A DNA stretch of 64,000 bases. It comes from Myxococcota bacterium. Its GTDB lineage: Bacteria > Myxococcota_A > UBA9160 > UBA4427. Every line of letters starts with the position of its first letter. The first letter of the stretch is position 1. A model generated the notes under the pieces. The model had not been told where the DNA came from. It worked only from the letters and a program-made list of their open reading frames with translations, and ran no database searches. The DNA lies in NCBI GenBank assembly GCA_965250285.1, contig OZ252299.1, positions 2,528,001 through 2,592,000 on the forward strand, in the 5' to 3' direction. Of the stretch, positions 1 through 8,801 are shown one piece after another. The position numbers and the translations under genes are program-made.

Positions 1-115
1 GTTCACCACTTCGGTCCAATCGAAGTCGCCCCTGGCGTTTCGCGTGATGGGGATCGCGGCGACGCTGCTGACCATCTTGCTGGGCTCGACCTGGATTGCG
101 CTGGATGCGTCGTGA
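1..115 (+). CDS. 3' end of a membrane protein (partial)
   Basis: Frame 2 reads FTTSVQSKSPLAFRVMGIAATLLTILLGSTWIALDAS to TGA at 113-115; hydrophobic C-terminal helix. Confidence 0.4.
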   Translation, partial: FTTSVQSKSPLAFRVMGIAATLLTILLGSTWIALDAS

Positions 116-189
116 CGACCCGTTGGCGGACCGTCGGGGCCCTCGTCCGGCGGTGGCCCCCTTGGTTCCCGAGTCGGAAGGTCGTTCGA

Positions 190-1089
190 TCAGAACATCC
201 CGTTCTCGTGTGCCATTTCACCGGGGATCTCCTGCAGGACGTCCCAGTGCTCGACGATGTATCCGTCCTCGACGCGGAACAGGTCGTAGATGGCCATGGG
301 CTTTCCGTTCCACGCTCCTTCGCTCTGGGTCAGGACGAAGTTTCCTTCACCGATCACGCGATGGATGCGATTATTGGTGATCTCCTGCAATGCATCGGCG
401 AGAGCCTCCGGCCCATCTTTCACGACCGGATTGTGCTGGTCATAGCGTCCGTCCAGGAAGAACTCTGACATTCGGGCCACATCGCCCTTGATGAGAACTT
501 CCGCAACGAAGGTCTCGACGAGCCGCTTGTTGGCCTCCGTCTGATCCCGATCGACGACCTCGGTCATGCCGCCGGTCTGGCTGCGACCGCTGGCGGTTTC
601 CGAGTAGTAGGGAATGATCGCGTCCCAGTGCTCGGCAACCTGGCCGCGTTCCATTCGCCAGATGTCGAACGCGACGACGGTTTCCGCACCGAAGACATGG
701 GCGTTGCTGTAGGTGGTGTGGGTGAGAACGAGGTCGCCGTCCTCGATCATGCGGTGGGTCTCATAGTCGAATCCCGCTTCTTTCAGAGCCGGGAGCAACC
801 CGATCACGGGTTCGATGCCCGTCGGGACATTGGGGTTGTGCTGGATGTAGTCCTCCCGATAGAGGCGCCGCATGGCGTCCTCGTCGAAGTGTTTGAACAA
901 CGCGTCCATGGCCTTCCGAAGGACGGCTTTCTGCGAGCTCTCGGTCGGGGCTAAAGCTTCGTTCATGGCATTTCCCTTCGTTGCTTCGGCATACGTGGGT
1001 TGCGGGAGTGGAAGCGCGATCGAAAGCACCAGCAGGAAACCGAGATTCAATCCCGGCTGTTTTTGCAGTCTCGATACGAACTCAAACAT
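190..1089 (-). CDS. Tandem SnoaL/NTF2-like fold protein
   Basis: Two repeats of Y-x-QHNP...D-x-[WF]R...[VI]xEHWD; possible signal peptide, alternative start at 966. Confidence 0.85.
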   Translation of the reverse strand: MFEFVSRLQKQPGLNLGFLLVLSIALPLPQPTYAEATKGNAMNEALAPTESSQKAVLRKAMDALFKHFDEDAMRRLYREDYIQHNPNVPTGIEPVIGLLPALKEAGFDYETHRMIEDGDLVLTHTTYSNAHVFGAETVVAFDIWRMERGQVAEHWDAIIPYYSETASGRSQTGGMTEVVDRDQTEANKRLVETFVAEVLIKGDVARMSEFFLDGRYDQHNPVVKDGPEALADALQEITNNRIHRVIGEGNFVLTQSEGAWNGKPMAIYDLFRVEDGYIVEHWDVLQEIPGEMAHENGMF

Positions 1090-1825
1090 TCATGCCCCCG
1101 TCGATGATCATCAGAGCGCCGGTAATGAATGAGGATTCCGGTCCCGCGAGAAACGCAGCGAGGGCCGCAACCTCATCCGGAGTCCCATGACGGCCCAGCG
1201 GGACCAGATCGTGGAGCCGCTGCCCCAGCTCACTGGCCTCGGGGTTCATGTCGGTATCGATAGGGCCAGGAACAACGGCGTTGATCGTGATGCCCCTGGG
1301 ACCGAGATCTCGGGACCAGCCCTGCACGAAAGCGTTCGCCGCCGCCTTGCTCGCCCCGTAGAGCCCGAGCGCCGGTGCGAAGAACCCGTTGGCGATCGTG
1401 GCGGTCACGACCACGATCCGGCCCCCTTCCGTCATGTGCGCCGCGGCGGCGCGCACGACGTCGAGCGTTCCCTTCACGTTGACACCGAAGACGGTTTCGT
1501 AGTCTTCGTCTTCGATCGCCTGTAGCGGCTTCATGATGTTCACGCCGGCGTTGTTGACGAGGATGTCCAGCGATCCCTCGACAGTCATCACATCGTCGAC
1601 GGCCATCGTTCCGGAGCCGGGCTCCCGAGCGTTGGCCTGGATGGCGCGCGCCTTGCCGCCGCTGCTCAGAATTTCTTCGACAACGCCCTCGGCGGCCGCT
1701 TTGGATCCGGCATAGGTCAGCACAACGCTCGCCCCGTCGGCCGCCAGGCGTCGGGCAATGGCAGCACCGATCCCTCTGCTGCCACCTGTAACAAGGGCAG
1801 TCTTGTCCTGGAGAATCGAATTCAT
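1082..1825 (-). CDS. SDR family oxidoreductase
   Basis: TGGSRGIG, NNAG, YGASK, PGPIDT; ATG at 1825 overlaps upstream stop (ATGA). Confidence 0.95.
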   Translation of the reverse strand: MNSILQDKTALVTGGSRGIGAAIARRLAADGASVVLTYAGSKAAAEGVVEEILSSGGKARAIQANAREPGSGTMAVDDVMTVEGSLDILVNNAGVNIMKPLQAIEDEDYETVFGVNVKGTLDVVRAAAAHMTEGGRIVVVTATIANGFFAPALGLYGASKAAANAFVQGWSRDLGPRGITINAVVPGPIDTDMNPEASELGQRLHDLVPLGRHGTPDEVAALAAFLAGPESSFITGALMIIDGGMNV

Positions 1826-2856
1826 TGAACGGTTTCCTCGTGGTCGTGGAGAATGAGTGTCTTGCCGAAGCTCTTCGGCGACATGAACGCTGCAAAGGCG
1901 CTGGGCGCTTCGTCGAAAGCGAAACGCTCGTTGATGGGAACTCGGAGATCGTGGAACGCGGTCGCTGCAACGACTCGTTCCAGCACAGCGCGTGAGCCCA
2001 CCATCACCGGAAGCAGCCGGGCGCCGTTCATCAGGAGATCGATGACTTCGATGGGCGGACCCTCCGCAGCCTTGAAACCGATCTGCATCACGCGACCACC
2101 CTGGCCGCACGCCTTGATGGATTGCGCGATGGACGGGGGTCCCGCTGTCTCCAAGATCACATCGGCGCCTTGGCCACCGGTGAGCTCCCGCACTGCCGTC
2201 GACCAGTCGGAACGTTCCCGATAATTGACGGTGAAGTCGGCACCAAGCGCCCGAACGCGCTCCAGCTTGCGATCATCCGATGACGTAATGCCGACCCGGG
2301 CACCGGCTGCCTTCGCCAACCCGACCGCCGTCAGGGCCACCATCCCCGTTCCCACCGCGACAACGGTCTGCCCCGGCAGAAGCGGGCCCAGCTCGAAGAG
2401 CGCGTTCCACGCCGTCACGGCCACGCAGGGAAGACAGGCCGCCTGTTCGAAGGAGACGCTGTCCGGCAGATGGACGAGTGCGCTTTCCTCGAGAACGACC
2501 TCACTGGCGAGGACACCCGGTCGCAGTTCGCCCAGCGCCCCCGACGCCATGCTGTCTCGGAAGGGTCCGTCCTGGTGGAGCGGGTTGAATGCGATCACCA
2601 CGCGATCCCCGATCGCGAACGCAGTGACCGCCTCGCCGATCTCTGTCACGACACCGGCGCCATCGGAGACGGGGACGATCTCCTCCGGGAGCGGGAGCGG
2701 CGATTGGCCCATCGCGGCCATCGCATCGCGGCTGTTCAAGGAGTTGGCTCGCAGGGATACGCGAACATCTCCGGGCCCGAGATCGCGCTCCGCGCTCCCG
2801 TTCAGCTGGAGCGTTTCAAAACCGCCCCCGGGCCTCAAAGTCCAAAATCTTCTCAC
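1822..2856 (-). CDS. MDR family NAD(P)-dependent oxidoreductase (quinone reductase/ADH-like)
   Basis: SLNSRD, SDGAG, AACLPC..TAWNAL, GADxxVNY, FGK at C-terminus. Confidence 0.9.
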   Translation of the reverse strand: MRRFWTLRPGGGFETLQLNGSAERDLGPGDVRVSLRANSLNSRDAMAAMGQSPLPLPEEIVPVSDGAGVVTEIGEAVTAFAIGDRVVIAFNPLHQDGPFRDSMASGALGELRPGVLASEVVLEESALVHLPDSVSFEQAACLPCVAVTAWNALFELGPLLPGQTVVAVGTGMVALTAVGLAKAAGARVGITSSDDRKLERVRALGADFTVNYRERSDWSTAVRELTGGQGADVILETAGPPSIAQSIKACGQGGRVMQIGFKAAEGPPIEVIDLLMNGARLLPVMVGSRAVLERVVAATAFHDLRVPINERFAFDEAPSAFAAFMSPKSFGKTLILHDHEETVQ

Positions 2857-2977
2857 CGAAACGACCTCTCTTACTGTTGGGTCGCGGCAAGGTATCGTTG
2901 TGATACTTGGTTACAATTACGCACTTATAAGTGACCAAGTATCCCGGGGCATACCCCCGCAGTCGGAGGCCGGCGAC

Positions 2978-3352
2978 ATGATCCCCATCACCTGCAATGA
3001 CAAAGAGGAATCGGACGCGTGCCCCATCAGGAGTGTGCTGAGCAACGTGATGGGAAAGTGGAGACTGATCATCATGTTGGCGCTCGAAGACGGCGCCCTT
3101 CGGTTCGGCGAGGTCAAGCGTGCGATCGGTGACGTCACCCAACGCGTGCTCACGGAGAACCTTCGTGGACTCGAGCGCGATGGCTATCTCACCAGAACGG
3201 TACTTCCGGGCCCGCCGCTGGCCGTTTCCTATGAACTGACGGACCGCGGTCGCGAACTGGTGGATCACTTCAAACCGCTCGTCTACTGGGCCCGCGACAA
3301 CATGGATGACATCAAGAACACCAGGGCCAGCTTCGAGTCCGCTGGGCCGTAG
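2978..3352 (+). CDS. HxlR family winged-helix regulator
   Basis: CPIRSVL..GKW, LRFGE, LTENLRGLERDG, VSYELT; divergent from redox operon. Confidence 0.9.
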   Translation: MIPITCNDKEESDACPIRSVLSNVMGKWRLIIMLALEDGALRFGEVKRAIGDVTQRVLTENLRGLERDGYLTRTVLPGPPLAVSYELTDRGRELVDHFKPLVYWARDNMDDIKNTRASFESAGP

Positions 3353-3693
3353 TTCTTCCAGCTGGCCTGCTCGAAGCGCGTCTGAGAGCGAGGTTGCATG
3401 CCGCCCCAGATCGACTTTTCTCGACGGGCTCTCGAGCGGTGCATCCCGGCCGGCCTCAGCAAGAGGCGAGCCAACCAACGGCCGTGGAATCGGATTCCGA
3501 ACCGCACCGCAGCGAGCTGCAGCCGCGATTGCCCTGAAGCCTCTCACGGTTGCAATCGTCGCCCCCTCCTCGCTTCGACATCCTGCTCACGAGTCGAGGG
3601 GATGGACAATACAAACGGCCTTCCTCGCGGCTGGGGAATGAATCGAGGGTGGCGCCCAGGCGTCTCCGCACTTCTGATCAAGGAGTCTTGACG

Positions 3694-3945
3694 ATGAAGA
3701 TCCAAATGGGACTCGCAATGCTCGTCGCACTGGTCCTCGCACTCGGTTGTGGCGGTTCGGCTCGGGACAACGCCGGCGACGGGATCGCGAATTGCTTCGT
3801 CACGTGCAGCGACGGGGAAGGCGATCCCATCGAATCGTGCGAAGACAGCCCCCGGGACTGTCAAGTCGAATGCAATACGGTCTGCGCCGAAGACGGCTGC
3901 TTCGAAGCCGAGTTCCGCCAGGGCGAACTCTGCCGAAACGTTTGA
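3694..3945 (+). CDS. Small Cys-rich lipoprotein
   Basis: AGGAG RBS, signal peptide with lipobox-like LALGC, eight further Cys. Confidence 0.65.
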   Translation: MKIQMGLAMLVALVLALGCGGSARDNAGDGIANCFVTCSDGEGDPIESCEDSPRDCQVECNTVCAEDGCFEAEFRQGELCRNV

Positions 3946-4157
3946 GCTGAGCTTCTCCGTATCCCCAACGCGTGGGACGCTGAAGCGAGCCGCATCAAGA
4001 CGGCTTTGTCCGGGCAGACCGGTCGTGCGCCCTCGCCTGTCCCGCGCTCGATCGCCGCAGGTGCAACACCGCGGATCGTTTGGCGTTTCGAGTGGCGGTT
4101 TGCGGGTTTCCACGGGAGCGCGATTCCGAACGCAACTCACCGAAGTTGCTGAATCGA

Positions 4158-4186
4158 TGGTGGAGGCGGCGGGAATCGAACCCGCG
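4158..4186 (-). repeat. ssrA: att site 1: copy of tmRNA 3' end
   Basis: Reverse complement CGCGGGTTCGATTCCCGCCGCCTCCACCA (T-arm plus acceptor with U70 and CCA); identical to 53900-53928. Confidence 0.9.
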
Positions 4187-4199
4187 CTCACAATAGCAA

Positions 4200-4243
4200 A
4201 ATCAGATACTTAGAGCCGAAAAAGGTGCCTCAAGGGTGCCTCA
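4200..4243 (+). promoter_or_regulatory. IHF-like site plus paired integrase arm repeats
   Basis: AATCAGATACTTA (4200-4212); GTGCCTCA-agg-GTGCCTCA (4225-4243). Confidence 0.75.
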
Positions 4244-4264
4244 GAACGCAACTGCGCGAATCCG

Positions 4265-5242
4265 TCAGCAGTAGTCGTCGATCGAATCGCCACCCTCCCA
4301 GGACAACCCCTGGATCAGCGTGAACTGCTTCTCCGCGCCCTCGAACGCGAAGAAGGTGCCGCGGCTCTCGTGAACGAACTTGCCGCCCTCGTACGTCACC
4401 TTTGCGAGCGACCACGGCTTGACCGCGCCTTCTCCCTGCTCCCCTAGAACGAACAGCGCGGCGTTGTCGGAGGCCAGCGCGGTCTTTACGACCTTGGTTC
4501 CACCGAAGCGAGAGACGGCGAAGACTTCGCCTTCCTCGAGATTGCCGAAATAGGCTTCCAGGGTCTCCACTTGACCGTCTTGCGGGGAGCGCGGGAACTC
4601 AGCTGGGAGACGCCAGTTTCGCTGCACCGCGCCGGGTGTCAGCGACTCAACGAGTGCTTCCGATTCTTCCGCCACCGGCTCCGGGCGTGGGCCGAAAACC
4701 CAGTCACCGAGCGTTCCACCCTTCGAAGGACTGTCGGACTTCGCCCAATCGAGGAGCCGCTTGCGGCTGTACGCTGCCTCGGCTGGCGTCACCGTTCGCA
4801 TCCAGTCGAAGTCCTTTGCCAGAGTCCCGTGGCGGGGTCTGCTCGGGTCGGCGAGGAAGTTCTCAATGCTGCCGTAGTGGTGCTCCACGCGCTTTGCCGT
4901 GATTGGGTTCAGAAGGATGTTCTCTAGTCGCGTAACCCATCGCAGGTTCTCGGGGCGATTATTGCGGCGGTTCGCATCGATGTGGTCAACGACGTGGTCC
5001 TTGGTCGGCTGCGGGCCATGAAATGCCGTCGCAATGATCCGATGAACGACGTGCTCCGAAATGACCATGTAGCCACTGTGGGCGCAAGGCCTACCGAACG
5101 TCCATTTCTCGTCGAGCGGCCGCCTTCGTTTTCCCTGCCGAGAACGACGAAGAACCGCGCCATTGTCCCGCACCGCGTACTCCTCGCCGCGATAGTTGCA
5201 GTCAGCCTCCCGCCCGAAGATATCGACGTCGACGAAGCTCAT
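4265..5242 (-). CDS. HNH endonuclease (HNH_3 type) with C-terminal extension
   Basis: VHRIIATAF..VDHIDANRRNNRPENLRWVT; ATG 5242 just after upstream stop. Confidence 0.85.
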   Translation of the reverse strand: MSFVDVDIFGREADCNYRGEEYAVRDNGAVLRRSRQGKRRRPLDEKWTFGRPCAHSGYMVISEHVVHRIIATAFHGPQPTKDHVVDHIDANRRNNRPENLRWVTRLENILLNPITAKRVEHHYGSIENFLADPSRPRHGTLAKDFDWMRTVTPAEAAYSRKRLLDWAKSDSPSKGGTLGDWVFGPRPEPVAEESEALVESLTPGAVQRNWRLPAEFPRSPQDGQVETLEAYFGNLEEGEVFAVSRFGGTKVVKTALASDNAALFVLGEQGEGAVKPWSLAKVTYEGGKFVHESRGTFFAFEGAEKQFTLIQGLSWEGGDSIDDYC

Positions 5243-5243
5243 A

Positions 5244-5900
5244 TCAGAGTTCTCCCCCAGCCCGCACCAGGCGCGCGGCCAGAGCTTCTCTGGTCTCGTC
5301 GTCCACACGACGCCGAAGCCAGCTAGCGAAACGCTCGACGAACCAACCAGGACGCCCGTAGTGCGGGTTTACAGCAGCCAGGCACACGGCCGCGGCATCT
5401 GACTGACCGTTCGAGCTCGAGTTCGCCAACGAGCGCCCGACGTGTCTGGCGGCCTCCATGAGCGCAGCTGCGCGCTCCTCGTTCGGAAGCTGGGAGAGCT
5501 CCAACGCCGAGACCAGATGGCCGGCGAGAGCGATTGTGTCGCGCTTGGCCTTCTCGTTCTCCGCCAGCCACTTCCTCGCATTGGGGCTCGCCATGAACGC
5601 TTGACGCGCGTTCCTTGCGTCCTCCACGTCGGCGCCAAGTTGGTCGACGGCGCCAAGTACATCGCCGTGGATATTCCGGACCCGCATGGAGGCCCGAGCG
5701 AGGTCCTCGTCCGTCCAGCCACTCGGAAGGCTGGCTGCCTCGCGGAGCTGCGAATCGATGTCGCCGAAAGTGCTGCGCAGGTAGGGCTTCGACCCCGCGA
5801 TGAACTGGCAATCGCGGGAGACCTCACTGACGTACTTGTTGAACTGCTCTTTCTTCCGGAAGCGGGCTTGCTTCTCGGCGTTCGAGATCGGCATTGGCAA
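5244..5900 (-). CDS. Hypothetical protein, basic N-terminal helix
   Basis: 218-aa ORF starting MPISNAEKQARFRKK; abuts HNH gene. Confidence 0.65.
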   Translation of the reverse strand: MPMPISNAEKQARFRKKEQFNKYVSEVSRDCQFIAGSKPYLRSTFGDIDSQLREAASLPSGWTDEDLARASMRVRNIHGDVLGAVDQLGADVEDARNARQAFMASPNARKWLAENEKAKRDTIALAGHLVSALELSQLPNEERAAALMEAARHVGRSLANSSSNGQSDAAAVCLAAVNPHYGRPGWFVERFASWLRRRVDDETREALAARLVRAGGEL

Positions 5901-6263
5901 CCCTCCGAGGGAGACGACAAGGCCGCCGTCGCTCTTTGGTTACGTAACTCTGTATCATGATTACGTCAAGTGCCCGCCCCGCTGGGGCGCCGGGCGGGTT
6001 CCGTTGTCCGGTCGGGCCCGGAAAGAAGCGACGCCAGGCAGCGCGCCTTCCCATGGCCCGAATCGGAGTCAACGCTGATAGTCGCCTCCCGCACCCGTAT
6101 GGCGATTCCGCGCGCGCAGCTCGCAGGGCATATGGTCTGCAGGGCGGGACTTGATCTGGCACCGCTCCAGTGCTTGGCGTTACACCTAGCGTGTGGGACG
6201 AGTTCGCCTAGAACTCGTCGGATTCGGATGCAGGCGAGGCAGATCGAGGAGCAGGACTCAGCG

Positions 6264-7481
6264 ATGACCGACTACCGATCGCGTCTGCGAGAACTCGAAG
6301 AGCGAACGCGCCAGGAGTTCGGCGGGCAACTTGAGATTCAGCTGGTACTCGAAGAGGAGGCGCCGCTGCCGTGGGGGCTCCGCGTGTATCTCGTTGCGCT
6401 CGACGGCCGCTTCGACGTCGCCGCCCGGTTCGCGTCCCCTTGGTTCCTGGAGCCGCGTGACGACGCGATGGGCTTTCTCTTCGCGGTCGGTGCCCTGGCC
6501 AAGCGCCAAGATCTCGGCGATTTCGTTCCCCGGCAAGACTGGGATTCAAGCTACCAACCGCCCGCGGTGGCCCATGGATCCCACTCCGGCGTTGACGTCG
6601 TAAATCGCCTAAGGCCCGATTTCGGCGCGCACTCGTGGATGCCCGAAAACCACGCGCATGGTGAGCGCAGCTGGTCGCCCTACAAGCGCTATTCCCACCG
6701 CCTGCTCGACGTGCTCTTCGACGGGTCGTATACGGCCGATTCTGGAGAACAGATCGAAACGATGTCGCCAGAGATGGACCCACGGTGGACTGTTTGCATC
6801 TACGCGGACCCGAAGCGCCCGCGATTCCGACCCACGTTCTCGCCGGACGAGGGCGAACTCCACTTGGCGGGTACTGTGGATGAGCTGACGTTGATTCGCC
6901 CACAGGGCTGGAAGAGCGGCGTATCTCCTCGAGACCTCGATGCATGGGTGCGAATTGACGTCACCGGCACCATCGAGGACACGATGGACCGACTGCTTGA
7001 GATCATTCTCGAGCCCTTCTCCAAGACGACCGAAGTCAACCTACCGTTCATGGAGAACATCTTTCAGGTCTCGGAGGACGGGCTGTTCATCTTCTATCCG
7101 CTCGCCCTGCATCCGGGTTCGGAATCCAACGAATCCATCGAACTCGGCGTGACTGTGCAGGCCCCCTTTCTCACGACCGGCTGGGTGAAGAGCATTCGAG
7201 ACAACAAACTCAGCCCTTCCAGCGGACAGTTCCGCAGGACCGTCGGCAACATCGCGAGGGACATCGTCGAGGTTGCCGACCAGTCGCTACGGGAGGCACC
7301 TGCGACAGCCCCCGAAGGCGGCTGGCGGGCCGAGCCCGTGGTGGGCGCGAAGGAGCGTCTTGCTTTCTGGGAGCGGGCGACGCCCGTCGACGTCGCCGAG
7401 GCGACCGACCGGACGTTTCGCGTACGCGAATGGCGTCGCCAGCTCGAACGCGCACGGAGCGAAGTCATCGAGCCTGAATAG
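6264..7481 (+). CDS. Hypothetical protein
   Basis: Long protein-like ORF, AGGA before ATG 6264; no motif recognised. Confidence 0.65.
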   Translation: MTDYRSRLRELEERTRQEFGGQLEIQLVLEEEAPLPWGLRVYLVALDGRFDVAARFASPWFLEPRDDAMGFLFAVGALAKRQDLGDFVPRQDWDSSYQPPAVAHGSHSGVDVVNRLRPDFGAHSWMPENHAHGERSWSPYKRYSHRLLDVLFDGSYTADSGEQIETMSPEMDPRWTVCIYADPKRPRFRPTFSPDEGELHLAGTVDELTLIRPQGWKSGVSPRDLDAWVRIDVTGTIEDTMDRLLEIILEPFSKTTEVNLPFMENIFQVSEDGLFIFYPLALHPGSESNESIELGVTVQAPFLTTGWVKSIRDNKLSPSSGQFRRTVGNIARDIVEVADQSLREAPATAPEGGWRAEPVVGAKERLAFWERATPVDVAEATDRTFRVREWRRQLERARSEVIEPE

Positions 7482-7638
7482 CTTTTCGGCCGTGCCGGCG
7501 GCCGGGCTTGCCTCGATCCGTTTCGTGCAATAGGGTAAAAGTCAAACGAAACGTCGCATCCCCCGCCGCAGGGTGAGCTCGAAGCGGGACACAGCGACCT
7601 CACGAGTCAGGCAAGCGCCTGGCTGAGGTGCTTGTCCC

Positions 7639-8397
7639 ATGACTTCGATCGAATTCCCCGAGTCCGGCAGCCTGCCGCCCCCGAGCCACGAGGACTCCTC
7701 CAGCCTCGAAGCGCTCAACCCGCCCTCCGCCAGCATCATCGCGCTCTATGCTGGCCTGCTCTGCGAGATCACTGAGAATTCGCAGTCCAGCCTGGGCGAG
7801 CTCTTCGAGTCCACTTTTCGTCGCTCTGATCTCCCGGCGTACTTCGGGTCGCCCGACTTCATCCCGCCGATTGCGGCAAGTCTCTTTCGGTTGAATCGCG
7901 TCGCCACTGTCCTCGAGATTCTTCTCCAGTACGGCGACGGTTTCAGCGGCGCGCGCCTGCGCAGCATCGTCGCCCGCGAGCTGGCGGCGGCAGGCGTGCC
8001 GGTCAGCCACGTCCGAAATCACTGGGAGCCCACGCTCTACACCGACCGGCAGGCCTATCGACACGTCATTGCACTCGCCGAGTGGGTCGCCGATGTCACC
8101 CATGGCTTCCTTGAGGAACTGCACGGGGTTCGGCACTACCTCGCTGCTGCGAATACAGACGTCGCGTTTGACGAGGACCTCGAGCTCGTCGACTACGTCG
8201 CAGTCAACATGCAGCGCCTCCGTGAGAAGACGCTTGCGCTGAGCACCGTCATCTCCTTCGCGCTCGATGTGCGGGCAGACGGCCAGGCGGTTCTCGCCTT
8301 CGTCCAGCCGATGCTCTCCACCCTCGACCCGCGTCCCGGACCGGCACCGCCCCTGCCCGAGCTGAAGCCGAACGTTGCCACCCAGAGCGCGAAGTAG
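7639..8397 (+). CDS. Hypothetical alpha-helical protein
   Basis: 252-aa ORF with GAGG RBS. Confidence 0.6.
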   Translation: MTSIEFPESGSLPPPSHEDSSSLEALNPPSASIIALYAGLLCEITENSQSSLGELFESTFRRSDLPAYFGSPDFIPPIAASLFRLNRVATVLEILLQYGDGFSGARLRSIVARELAAAGVPVSHVRNHWEPTLYTDRQAYRHVIALAEWVADVTHGFLEELHGVRHYLAAANTDVAFDEDLELVDYVAVNMQRLREKTLALSTVISFALDVRADGQAVLAFVQPMLSTLDPRPGPAPPLPELKPNVATQSAK

Positions 8398-8413
8398 GGG
8401 GTGGCTCGTGAAG

Positions 8414-8797
8414 ATGAACAAGCCGAACGAAGCGGGCCCCGCCTCCGTCGTCACGACGATTCGCCTGAAAGCGCACCTTCGGCGTCGCCTCGACCAGGCT
8501 GTCGAGGAAGCGTCGAGCGCCATCGCGCCCGGGAGCGTAAGCAGGAACGCGATGATCAGCCTTCTGATCGAGCGCGGCCTCGATGCGCTCGATCAGCAGG
8601 CTACGCCCAGCGCCGATGAGATTGCGCCGCCGAGCAGTGCCAATGCGGAACTCCTGGGTGAGCTCCTCCTTGCAGTCCGCCAGAACGCAGAAGCCTCGCG
8701 CCGGATCGCGGATGCAATCGAGCGAGCCGACCTGCTTCCTCGTGGGGTAGCGGACGAGGTCTGGCTGGACTCCCTGCCTGACCGGGCGGAGAGCTGA
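8414..8797 (+). CDS. Ribbon-helix-helix-like protein upstream of relaxase
   Basis: TTIRLKAHLRRRLD...SRNAMISLLIERGL pattern; 4 nt before relaxase. Confidence 0.6.
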   Translation: MNKPNEAGPASVVTTIRLKAHLRRRLDQAVEEASSAIAPGSVSRNAMISLLIERGLDALDQQATPSADEIAPPSSANAELLGELLLAVRQNAEASRRIADAIERADLLPRGVADEVWLDSLPDRAES

Positions 8798-8801
8798 TCG
8801 T

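Noticed and set aside
4158..4186. Intact tRNA-Ala or tmRNA gene at any of the three att copies
   Set aside because: Only the T-arm and acceptor 3' strand are present; upstream sequence diverges at once into IHF-like and arm sites.
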